A stretch of 64,000 nucleotides of DNA, taken from Thraustochytrium aureum. Its lineage: Eukaryota. Every line of letters begins with the position of its first letter. Within the stretch, counting starts at the first letter, position 1. A program made the translations under genes and the position numbers. The stretch is taken from positions 60,880 through 124,879 of the forward strand of contig BLSG01000059.1 in the NCBI GenBank assembly GCA_012862495.1, given 5' to 3'. Of this stretch, positions 44,495 to 55,700 are shown one piece after another. Under the pieces are notes generated by a model that saw only the letters and a list, made by a program, of their open reading frames with translations, was not told the origin of the DNA and searched no databases.

Positions 44495-46423
44495 ATGAGC
44501 GGGCAGACCAACGCGCAAGGGGTGCTCGCACCCGTTGCTGTCGTGGTCATGATCGTCGCTGGACTGCACGCCGCGCTGCCGAGTGGGCAAAAAATGGACC
44601 TGGTGCGGGATATGATTGGGTTTGTTTCGCTGGCCGTGGTGGCCGTCGCCGTCACGGTGGGCGGGCTAGCCTTTTCCCCGCTGGCTCTGCCCTTTCGCAA
44701 GCTCCCTGAGGGCAAGCCGCGCCGCGGCATCCTGAATGAAAGGTACTCGAAGGCAAAGATAGAGAAGGGGGGCCCGTATGACGCGGTGGTGATAGGCAGC
44801 GGCATGGGCGGGCTGAGCTGCGCGGCGAGCCTCTCAAGGTTTGGGAAAAAGGTCCTCGTGCTGGAACAGCACGACGTGGCAGGCGGCGGCACGCACACGT
44901 TCGTCATCGACGGCAAGACCGACTACGTGTTCGACAGCGGACTGCACTACACAGTGCCTCAGAGCGGCGAGCTGCTCCAACTCGCCTGCGGGACGCGCAG
45001 CAAGCCGGTCGAGTTCGACAAGCTCGGTGAGGAAGACGCGTGCTTCGACAAGGTCGTGCTCGGCGATGTCAGCGAGGACGGGTTCCGCATCAAGCACGCG
45101 CAAGCCCACCTTGACGCGCTGCGCAAGATGTTCCCCAGCGAGCGGGACCAGCGCGACCTCGACAACTTTCTCCGCGTGGCCAACAAGGTCAACAACCTGT
45201 TCCCCGCCTGGATCATCTCCAAGGTGCTGCCCGCCTGGGCCCGCCACCTGTACAAAGCCCTCTTTCTCCGCACGTTTACCGCTTACGCGCGCCGCACGGG
45301 CGAGGACGTCACCAACGAGCTCGTCGCCAATCCAAAGATGGCGGCCATTCTCTGCGGCCTCTGGATGGACACCGGCTGCCCGCCCGACCGCGCCACCTTT
45401 ATGATGACGGCCGCCCTCTCGGTGGGCTTCCCCAAGGAAGGCGGAGCCTACCCTACCGGCGGGTCCGAATTGATGGCGACCTGCCTGATCCAGGCGATCG
45501 AGGCCTCAGGCGGTCAAGTGCTGATGCGGGCACGCGTCGAACAGATCATCGTGGAGGCCGGGGCCGCCAAAGGCGTGCGCCTTGTTGACCAGACGGAGGT
45601 ACGCTGCCCCGTCGTGGTCTCTGCGTGCGGATACGCCAACACCTTTGTCAAGCTTCTGCCCGACGAGGCGGTCCCCGAAGGGTACGTGGTGCGCGAACAG
45701 GCCACGGGCAAGCGCGCGCTCCCCCCAACGTTGCGCGATTCCGCAAGCTGGGTCATGGCCAATATCGGAATCCGCGCCACGCCGGAAGAGCTCGGGCTTG
45801 GCTGCTCCAACACCTGGGTTATGCCTTGCCACGAGTCGAACGGGTGGAACCTCTTCCAGGGCATCCGAGACTACTTTGACAAGCCGCTCGAGGTGCCGCA
45901 GATCCCGATGATGATCACCTTCCCTTCCATCAAAGACCGGGCGTCTCAAGCTGGCGCGAAAGGCCGCATCACGTGCCAGCTGCTCGCCCTCTCCGGAAAC
46001 GGATGGTTCGACGAGTGGGAGGGCGAAAACGGCAAGCACCCCAAGGGCGGCGACTACGAGAACTTCAAGGCCAAGTGGGAGGCAAAACTTGTCAAGAGCC
46101 TGCTCACACGCTACCCGCAGATGGAGGGCAAGATCGACTTTGTGGACCTGTCCACGCCACTCTCGATCAAGTACTACCTCAACAAATCCGGCGGCGGGGC
46201 CGTCGGCCTCGACCTCAACCCGGAGCGATTTTTCGACGACAAGACCGAGGACTTGCTCGACATGCAGACGCCGGTCCGCGGCCTTTGGCTCACTGGGGAG
46301 GACCCGCTGCTTTGCGGCCAGCCTCTGGCCCAGCTGTCGGGCATCCTCACTGCATGGCGTATCTCCGGCTTGTCCGGCTCGATGCGGTTCCTGTTTGGCA
46401 TCTTCCGCCTCGCGCTCTCGTAA
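44495..46423 (+). CDS. FAD-dependent oxidoreductase, retinol saturase (RETSAT)/CrtISO/phytoene desaturase family, with an N-terminal TM segment
   Basis: YDAVVIGSGMGGL, LEQHDVAGGGTHTF, FDSGLHY, GAYPTGGS, ITFPSIKD, STPLS..YY, TPVRGLWLTGED. Alternative start at 44594 (AAAAATG). Confidence 0.9.
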   Translation: MSGQTNAQGVLAPVAVVVMIVAGLHAALPSGQKMDLVRDMIGFVSLAVVAVAVTVGGLAFSPLALPFRKLPEGKPRRGILNERYSKAKIEKGGPYDAVVIGSGMGGLSCAASLSRFGKKVLVLEQHDVAGGGTHTFVIDGKTDYVFDSGLHYTVPQSGELLQLACGTRSKPVEFDKLGEEDACFDKVVLGDVSEDGFRIKHAQAHLDALRKMFPSERDQRDLDNFLRVANKVNNLFPAWIISKVLPAWARHLYKALFLRTFTAYARRTGEDVTNELVANPKMAAILCGLWMDTGCPPDRATFMMTAALSVGFPKEGGAYPTGGSELMATCLIQAIEASGGQVLMRARVEQIIVEAGAAKGVRLVDQTEVRCPVVVSACGYANTFVKLLPDEAVPEGYVVREQATGKRALPPTLRDSASWVMANIGIRATPEELGLGCSNTWVMPCHESNGWNLFQGIRDYFDKPLEVPQIPMMITFPSIKDRASQAGAKGRITCQLLALSGNGWFDEWEGENGKHPKGGDYENFKAKWEAKLVKSLLTRYPQMEGKIDFVDLSTPLSIKYYLNKSGGGAVGLDLNPERFFDDKTEDLLDMQTPVRGLWLTGEDPLLCGQPLAQLSGILTAWRISGLSGSMRFLFGIFRLALS

Positions 46424-46735
46424 GTTTGTTGCTGTTCTCGCGCGTGCCTTGCGGCGACGGCCAGCTGACCTTTGCCTGCCTTGCTTTTCGCAGCGACCTC
46501 CTTGGGCTGTAGCCGGCCAGGTTTGTGGCCACCGCGGGTTGTGCGGCTGCCCGAAGGCAGTGTAGGACGAAGAATAAATCACGAGATCTCACTTGGGACC
46601 TTTTCTTGCTCGTTCAGCGGCTCCAGCTTGTCGCGCATGGAAGCTGGGGCAGTGGGGAGGGCGTGCCGTGAGCGATTCAAGAATGTATGTCTTGGTCTGA
46701 TGGTTCATTCAAAATCAATTATGGGTACATGTCAA

Positions 46736-49700
46736 TCAGTACAGCACGGCCATGAGCTCGGCCGGGGCTCCTAACGCAGAAAGCGCGCCCCGGGGAACCA
46801 CGGAGTGCATCCCGCGGCCGAGCGCTTCTCCTGCGGCCACGAGCAAGCCCGCGCCGTCCGACGGCATTCCACACGCAGACCGCAGCAAGCTTGCTGGCAA
46901 CCGAAAGCTCTCTGAGATCTTGATTCCCCGCGCGAGCGCCAGCCCCACGACGCGACCGAGGCCTTCCAGAGCGCTCGTGTCGCCGAGGGCTCCGCCGACG
47001 TCAAGCTGGTGCCCAAACGCGCGGCGGACAAGCACGCCGCGGTTCATGGCCTCCAGGAAGGCCGCATCTAGCAGCTTTTCGAGCGCCTTGCGTCCCTCGA
47101 CGAGGTGGCCTCTGTGGACCAGTTCAAAGGGAAGGGCAAGGTCTTGCAACCCTGCCAGCTGGTCCAAGGCCGAGCTGGCAGCTATGCCGTCAAGACCGAG
47201 TTCGTCCAGGTCGATCCTGCTCGGGAGGACGCGCCCCGCGACGTGCTGACTTGAGCCTAGCTGCCGGAGACCCGATACTTTGGTTTCGAGGAGGACCAGG
47301 TCAAGAGCACCAAGCATGACTTGCCCAGGCGACCAACTCAGGCTCGTCCAGCAAGCGCCTGCGCGCCGGAGGCCCGCAACTGCAGCCTCGCAGGCCTCGC
47401 CCGATGCGCTCGTCGGAAAGTCTGTTTCGAGAAGTGGCCACACGTCACACAGCAGGCTGTTCAGGTGGATGAGGAGGGCCGCGCGCTCGCGAACCCTCTG
47501 GACGTCAATACCCGCCAGAGCGCGGAAGGTCTGCGCTGGCGGTGCCTTGACATCGGCGTATCGGAGCTGGCGAAACCCGACACCTCGGCCAAGGCACAGC
47601 TCGTTCAGGTACTTGATCAGCTGATGGTCTGCGGCTGCTGTAAAGGTATCCAGTCGCATTGCAAGCGCATCCAAGTCGAGGCCAGCACTTGGTCCATCGC
47701 CAGCCCCGCCAGCCAAAGGGCCAGACTGCAGCGAGCTCCGACGAGACAAACAGTCCTCGTCTTGCGCTGCGTCTTCGCCAGCGTGCTCGCCAGCAGCTGC
47801 CGCCGTCTTGGCCTGGCGAACGCTCTCATCGCCGGGAATCATTGTCTGTGCACGCTGCAGCGGGCTTGTACCGCTCACGCTCTCTGAGGCCGCTGCCATC
47901 GCCTGTGCGACGCCGGGATTCGCGAGCGTGAAGGAACGCGAGTGCCGGCGCCTCGCTGAGCCGGCGCGGTCCAGCACGTCTGCCAGCCCGGCGGAGCTGC
48001 CCTCGCCAGTGCTGCTGCTCTTTGAGATCGGTCTGGAGGGCTCCGCAAAGGGGTCCAGCGAATTGGCTTGGTCGTTCTCCGCCCCAGAGCTGCCGCGTTG
48101 CAAGGTGCAGGACGAGCTCGCCCATGGAATGGCCACGACGTGCTCATGGTGCCCGAACAGCCGGAGTGCTGGCGCAGCGATCGCCCCTGCATCTTGATCG
48201 AGCTTGCCTTGCAAGAGTGCCTGGACGCGCGCTCCCGGCGCCTGGAAGAAGAGCTGCCCAGTGCCAGACACGCCTACCACTCTGCCTGCGCCGCTTGCAG
48301 TCAGAACATGGTCGTACTCGCTTCCCAGTCGGCCCCAAGGCGACCGCAAAAGGGAGTCGCGGCGCAGGAGGCCGCCCGGCAGCACGCCGTCGTGAAGCAC
48401 ATGAAAGTCTTGCCTGGACTCGGCCGCAGAGAGCGCATCTGTGCGCCAAAGCTCAAGGAGCACAGCTACGCGCTTGATCGTCGACCGTGGCAGGGCTGCA
48501 ACGTGGTGGACGCTCTCGCGCGACTGCAGGCACTCGATGATGTCGAGCGCCTCAGCCATCCTGCCCACCTTGCCAGTGGCAAAAGCCGTGCCTCGCAGCT
48601 CCCCAGGGGCCACGGTGGGCAACGCAAAAGCAGGGCCAATGTCGCGCGGGTCGGAAACCACGGAGACCTGGTCGTCCTTGTTGTACAGCGAGACTGCAGG
48701 GAAGAGCTCTGCGAACTCGTCGAGCCCCTCCGCTGCAATCCCAAAGTCCTGGCCGTTGCGCGCAAACGAGATGGTGCCCGCGTCGCAATCTAGCTTGACA
48801 GAGACCACGTCGCCCTCGCGATAGAGCTCGCCGTACGACCGGGTCTTGGCCTTGTTGTGCCAGACGGCCTTGTTAGCCAGAAATCCCCAGCCAAAGCAGT
48901 CCGCGCCAACGTAATTGTTCACGCCGCCCTCGGCGGCCATTACGCCGATGAAGATGTTTTTCGAGATGCACCGGTCGATCTTGATCGACCACGTGTGAAC
49001 GCCTTTGCTGTAGCCTGTGGTCGCCCGCACGGCGTTCCATCGCTTGTTGTGTATGTTCTTTGCTGTCATGTTGTTGTTGCTCAGCTCCAAGTTTGGTCCG
49101 CAGGCAAAGCTGGAGAGGCGGAGCTGCGGTGTCACGCTCGTTGCCGCCGAGCGGATTGGGCCCCATGTCGTTTTTGCCTCGACGCTGTTTGTCAGCTGGC
49201 GGTTTCGCACGCCGAGTCGGAAACGATACGGCGTGTCCGCGTCGAGGCCCTCGCAGGCGTACTCTGTCGTGCCCGCGTCTGTCGGGATCTCTGCCAGGAG
49301 TTTCCAGCCCGAGCGAGTGCCCGGTGTGGCAAGTGGCTCTGGGGAGGACCGTGGCTCCGTGTAAACGTCAAAGCAGCTTGCCATGTTTTCAAAGTCCGTG
49401 TGCGCCTCGAGCGGCTCCGACCCGACGGCGTACTCGAGGACAAAGACCTTGGGGCTTCCGTCGTTCGCGATCGATGCACGTGCTGTCTCGAGCGCCGAGC
49501 TGCGCAGGCTCTCCGACCCGCTCACTGAGCCGCTCCTCTCGCGCTGAAACTCACTGCTGGACGAAAACGATGCGACAGATACAACCCCGTCCGACATTTC
49601 GCGGTTGAGCTGCGGCCTCGGCCGGATGGACGACCTGAGGGCCTCCGCCCCTCCCCCACGCGCGTCAGAGCCGCTCGTTGAGACATTGCTGTTCGTTGCC

Positions 49701-52700
49701 TGCACCTCCTCGTCGTCGCTTTCAGCCGAGTTCACGCCCCCGCTCGAGCGGTGGGTGGCGCTCCCAAGGTCGACCAAGGGATCCTCCGCGCCACTTTCAG
49801 CAAGCGGCAGCTCGCTCCACTTGAGCGTGATGCTCGAGTTGCTCAGCTCCGAAACGAAGAGCTCCAAATCGACGCTTTCCTTGGCACAAGCCGCGCCCTC
49901 ATGACACGCAGACGCAGGTGATTCACTTGGCTGCGGTGCAACCGCATCGCGAAGTCGCCGAGCTGCCACCAGCAATGCTGACAGGCTTCTCATGTATGCA
50001 GTTCGTTGCCAGCTCTGCGGCTGCTCCCGAAGCAGCCGCTGCGTGAACAGATTGAGCAAAAGCGGCTCCGGAATCCGCCCGAGCAGCTCGTCAGCAAGGG
50101 GCGAGAGTGTCCCGTCCGCGCTTAGAGAGACGCGAGAACGGGTCAGAATTCGGGCCGCCAAGCGGAACACGGCATCTTTCAACGCGAGATTCGGCGTGAA
50201 CGAGGCCTTCATCAGGGTTTCGAAGGTCTTGGGGNNNNNNNNNNNNNNNNNNNNNNNNNNNNNNNNNNNNNNNNNNNNNNNNNNNNNNNNNNNNNNNNNN
50301 NNNNNNNNNNNNNNNNNNNNNNNNNNNNNNNNNNNNNNNNNNNNNNNNNNNNNNNNNNNNNNNNNNNNNNNNNNNNNNNNNNNNNNNNNNNNNNNNNNNN
50401 NNNNNNNNNNNNNNNNNNNNNNNNNNNNNNNNNNNNNNNNNNNNNNNNNNNNNNNNNNNNNNNNNNNNNNNNNNNNNNNNNNNNNNCCGCCAGCTCGAAG
50501 CAGGCCAAAGAAGCTTCAAGGAGCGGCTCGCGCAGAGCTTGGCCGCCGCGTCCATTCGAGGAGAGCAGACCTGTGAGCGCACAACGCACGCTGGCCTCCA
50601 TGTCAGTGCAAAGGCCCCTAGCGGGATTCGCGACTCGGCTGTGCACGTGGAACGCGGTTGGCCCTCGAAACGCGCAGAGGCGGAGGAGCTCGATGAGCTG
50701 GCTCGGCTTGCGGACGAGAACCTCGCACTTGTCGGCATCGACCACGAGGTGCGGGAGAAGCCCCATCAGAATCGACCGGGCGTAGTCAACGCACAGCAGG
50801 CCATCAAGGAGAGCGGTGACGATGGGGAGCTCCTCAGTGCGGCACTCCTCCACGATTTGCAGCAGAAGGAACTCGTCGTGCGGAACAGCTCCGAGGCCGG
50901 TGCCGATATGAGTATCTAGGATGGCCGAGATCGCCAGCGGGGTTGAGTGCGGTCGTGCAAGGCTGTTCCGAGCGCTTGACGCGTCAACGCCAAGAAACGC
51001 CGTAGCGGCGACGGCCGCTATGCTCGCGACGCCGTTCGCGCCCGGGATGCGGCTCGCGATATAGTTGTCGGCACCCTGGTCCAGGCCGAACGCTCCGCCC
51101 GGCGCTTCCTCAAGTAAAAGTTGGCCAAGACCAGGGTTGACCTCAACAGGCGCGACAGTTGCAGCTCTTCCTGCCAATGCTGCAAACCCGCGAGCGGCGC
51201 GCTGGTCCGCGCCGCCGACAGGCGCGTTGCCCGATGCCGCACCGCCGCTCGCACCATAGATGCTCTGAATCAACAGCGCCTGCGAGTCTTCCTTTAGCAT
51301 CTCCTCCATCACCCAGGTGATTGCTGCGTTCTCGTCGAAGGCAGACCCCGTTTGCGCTGCTGATTGCGCCACGTGGTCGACAGCCCGCTGGCACCAGTCT
51401 AGGGGTAGGCCAGTGGCGAGGAGCGCGTCGATGATGCGCTGCCGTCGCGAGAAATCAGCCTCTACCTCATTCTGGGCCTGCTCTTGCTCGGCTAGAGTCG
51501 CCTCGATGGCGCCCATCTCGCTCTCCAATTGCGCGATCTGGGCCTGCAGCTCGGATGTCATCGAGCTCGGTTGCGATGGCCTTGTCGCGGCTGTTTGCTC
51601 GCGCCTTGCGACGACTGGGGATGTGGCCTCCGACACCGCTGCCTTGAGGACGCTGCGGTACCCCGAAGGGGGCTCAAAATTGAACGAGTCCACCACGACG
51701 CGCGCCGACTGCCCCATCGCAAAGCTGATTGCAGGGAAGAGCCCCCCCATCGTGTCCAGGTTGCTAAAGGCGACCCCGAGCGACTCGCCGTTGATGCGAA
51801 ACTCCATAGAGCCCTCGTCCATGTCGAGCAAGCAGCCGACGACGTCGCCAACCTGCCATGGGGTCCCCTGGCCGTACGGCTCTGACTGCTGGTTCCACTT
51901 TTTCCCCCGGTACCCGTCGAAGGCCCAGCTGTGCGGGTGGTTGCCGACGCCGCGACCGTTAATGGGGTCGCCGCGGTACGCCGCGTCGGCCCAGCCAATC
52001 TGAAGCAGCTGGTCAGTCATCAGAACCACCTCGTAGTACCACTTGCCGCTCGACAGGTCGAGAAGTCCGAGGCCGTCGGCGGCCCTCGCGCGGAGCCGAA
52101 CCGAAGAAAAGTTGCCCACGCCCTGCACGCGGAAGGCGTCTTGATCAATCTGTACGTCGCCGCCCATGGACTCTAAGAGCACCCCATCGAGTCTCGGGGA
52201 GAGGCAGTCCTTGTCCTCGGAAACGACATGGCACTCCGCCCCGCTCTGCGACGTGGGCGACGCAAGGTTGCTGAACGCTTGGCGGCCCGCGCGCGTGGCA
52301 AGCTCGTTCATCCGACTCAGGTAAGAGCCAGTGTCGGTGAGCATGCGCTCCCACGAGCGCTCAGCTGCGGCCTCCAGTGCACGGGGTGCCACCGCCTTTG
52401 CGGAGGAGAGCATGCGAACCAAGGACTTGAGCATGCTGGCCCCCGCCAGTTTGGGCCCCAGCGAGTCCACGATGGCCTTGGCCACCGCCGTCTTGTCTTG
52501 GGCGCCGGTTGCGAGTAAGTTCTCCACCTCGTCGGTCATGAACGCGGCGAGCTCGGCAGAAGAGCGTTCCGGCTGGCTCGCCAGCTTTGTAAGCAGCGCT
52601 CCCAGCGCACGTCGCCCCATGTTGTTTTCGAGAGCGCGTTGAACCACGCCCTCGGGCAGCTCGACGGCCTTGGCCTCTTCGCCGTCCTTGCAAGTGTTGG

Positions 52701-55700
52701 CCCGCAAGGCACGACCTGCCAGGGATGCCAAGAGACGCAGGTCTTCCGAATCGCCCGGCGGCGGGGCGACAGGAGGGGCGACGGGGCAAAGCTCAGAGCA
52801 CATTTTCCAGACTGGCGCGCCGCTGTTGAGCTTCACGCTCGCAACCTTTGATGCGTTCCAAGCGATCGGCCCAAACCGCTGCGGCGTTGGCGCATGGTCA
52901 AGGCAGGCAACCGGACGTGGCGCCGGGGCTGCGCTCGCAGTGTGCCTCGAGCAAAACTTGTCAAAGTCCACAGTCAGCAACGCTTGCTTGTCCTCCTCTG
53001 GTAAAAGCTGCGTCTCGCGCACCAGGGCCGTGCTGTAGATCGCCCAGAGCGTCCCCGACTTGATGTCGGTCGGATGTCGTGCGCCAGGCGAGGAGGGCGA
53101 GCGAGGCGAGCTTGGTTCTGGAGCGGCCAAGCAGCCCTCCGACCGCGCGACGCCGAGAGCAGCAAGCGCAGCCTCCTCCGGGACGAGGAAGTCGTACAGG
53201 AGCAAGTCGCTTTGCGTCGCGAGTGTGGCGCTGTGGCACTCCAAAAAGTTGTAGTGCTGTTGAATGCAGTACGTCCGCAGCACGCGGCCGGCGTCGAATG
53301 TCTCAAGCACAGTGCCGACCTCGGGATAGGCGCGGGTTTCGCTCTCTGCGAGGAAGACCACGGCGCCAGAAGCAACGCCTTCCTCGATTCCGCCATGAAC
53401 TTGCAAAAAGAGTGCCTCCGAGCGGCGGGCGCAAATGGCGGCGTTCTTGCCACCTTGGCGGAAAACGTCGACGATCGACTGCTGGAGCGCAAGGCGGTGT
53501 TCGTGCGCCCCTGCCAGGTCGTCAACGGCGTCCGACTTGTCTCCGAGGCAAGCATCGCAGAGACCAGCGACTTGTTTGCGCAGCCTCACCCGGTTCAAGG
53601 TGCGCCTGCGAAGCCGAGCGGCTTCGGATCTGAAAGAGACTGCTCTCATGTTTGGCTCGTACCCGCTCACGCTGTTAGAACAGGTAGACTGGCCCGAAGG
53701 TTCCACGAGCGCCACGCAGCAAGTCTTGCACCGCACAGAGTCACCGCGGGTCGCGCCGCTTGCGGCCCAAAGCTCGTCAAAGAGGCCCCTGATCCGCTCA
53801 AAGACTGTCGAGGCGGACTCTTCAGAAGCAGAGCTGGCTTTCCGGCCCAACAGGTAGAGCGCCTGGCGCTGGACTTTGAGCCACTTGGAGCTCGACAAAA
53901 CATCGAGAAGCTGGGTGTGAGTTGGCCCGTTGGCCGCCCCTTCGAGCGACGCGACGACGCCAAGCGAGCGAGACGCGTACGTCTCGATGGCAGCGCGCTT
54001 GTGAAACCGCGCCGCTGCCCTGCCGGAGCGGGCGAGGCATTCTGCTTGTCGGGGCCCCAGCGCTTTTGTGTGCCACAAAATATCAGAGAGACGCGCAGGG
54101 GCGCCCTTTGCAAGCACGTCTGTGAACAGGCCCAGCAGACACGGCGCGCCGCCAGGGCAGCACTGCGCGGCAGCTTGCGCAGTTCTTTGCTCCCGCCTAG
54201 TCCGCCAAGACGNNNNNNNNNNNNNNNNNNNNNNNNNNNNNNNNNNNNNNNNNNNNNNNNNNNNNNNNNNNNNNNNNNNNNNNNNNNNNNNNNNNNNNNN
54301 NNNNNNNNNNNNNNNNNNNNNNNNNNNNNNNNNNNNNNNNNNNNNNNNNNNNNNNNNNNNNNNNNNNNNNNNNNNNNNNNNNNNNNNNNNNNNNNNNNNN
54401 NNNNNNNNNNNNNNNNNNNNNNNNNNGAAACGGCACGTTGCTCGAGCACTTGCGCAAGACCTGCCCCCGGAGGTTGGCTTCTCCAGCAAGGCGGCCATCG
54501 ACGTAGATGCAGAGCTTACGGAGCCCCTGCGAGTCCGCTGCGCTGTCTACAGTTGCGGTGACTTGCGTCCATTCGCCGCTGTCGCGCTCGAGCGGAGCGC
54601 TTGCATGCTCGATGAGAGTGGTCCGCACACCGTCCTCGAGGACAATTGTGCTCACGAGCACATCCACAAAGAGCGAGCCGTCGCGAGTGCGCCGCAGCAG
54701 AACAGCAGGGTGCATTACCACACTGTGCGAGTCGCATGCCGTCAGTGCTGGATGCGTGCACACCGAAGGTCCGTCGTCCTCCTCTCGGCGCTGACAACGC
54801 GACAAGAGCGCCCAAGTGGCGTCACCATCCGACTTGGCGGCTGAACTTTCCGTCCCGTCCACGCTGAGCCAAAAGCTCAGTGACATGCTTTTGGCGGAGA
54901 TCTCATCCGGTGGAATCAAGTGGTCGCTTGAGCCGACGCCAAACCTTGCAAGCCCGTCTCGAAGCAGCACCGAGTCGACCGCCTTGTCGAGGTCATCTTC
55001 GCCGTAGAGGGCCTCAAGAACTTGGCTCGGGAGCGTTTCGTCCTCAAAGTGGAGCCGAACTGAGGTGGCCGTGTCCCTGAGTGGGCCGCCAGCACTGGGG
55101 CTCGTCGGGCGATTCCCAGTTGAAGGCGCACGCTGCGCGACCGCCTTTGCCGGGATGCGAAACGGGGCCATCCGAGGAACAATGTACGCGGCATCGCCCA
55201 CGGCGTGGAGGAACTCTGCCTCGTCGTGGTTGCACGTCTGCATGGATTCCAGCACAATGCGAACCTCGCCAGTGGCCCACTCTGACAGGAGCGCAAGAGA
55301 TTGTGGGAACGTCGAAGCTTGAGCGCGAACGCGAACTGCGATCGAGCACAGCGCGCGCCAGGCCAGCTCGTGCGATGTGTATAGAAGCGTGCGATTCACG
55401 CTCCTGCTTTCGTTCAGGCTGTTGAACGGGTCCTTGTTGCCAGCGTAAAAGCTGTCGAGTGATCCGCGAATCGCCGAGATCAAAGACAGCGCGTTCCCGT
55501 CACCGAGGGCGCTACCCTGGCCATAGTTGACGTTTGAAATCAGTGAAACCGCCGCAGCCACGGCGCTGCCGGATGAGTCTGATCGTACGAGCTCTGCGAG
55601 CAGGCCTGCGACGACAGTTGCGTCTGCTTGCGCGAGCGTCGTTGTTGCTACGCCGTGATGCGCGTCATACTCTGCCGGTGACCTGGAAAGTCCGGCAAGG

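Noticed and set aside
34215..46423. Carotenoid gene cluster (GGPPS plus desaturase-like gene)
   Set aside because: The genes are ~9 kb apart with an unrelated transporter and channel between them, there is no phytoene synthase or cyclase, and the oxidoreductase looks RETSAT-like.
2400..54426. Long ORFs running through N-gaps (for example 7269-9284, 28930-31302, 10004-11243)
   Set aside because: Their length is an artefact of untranslatable Ns joining unrelated flanks.
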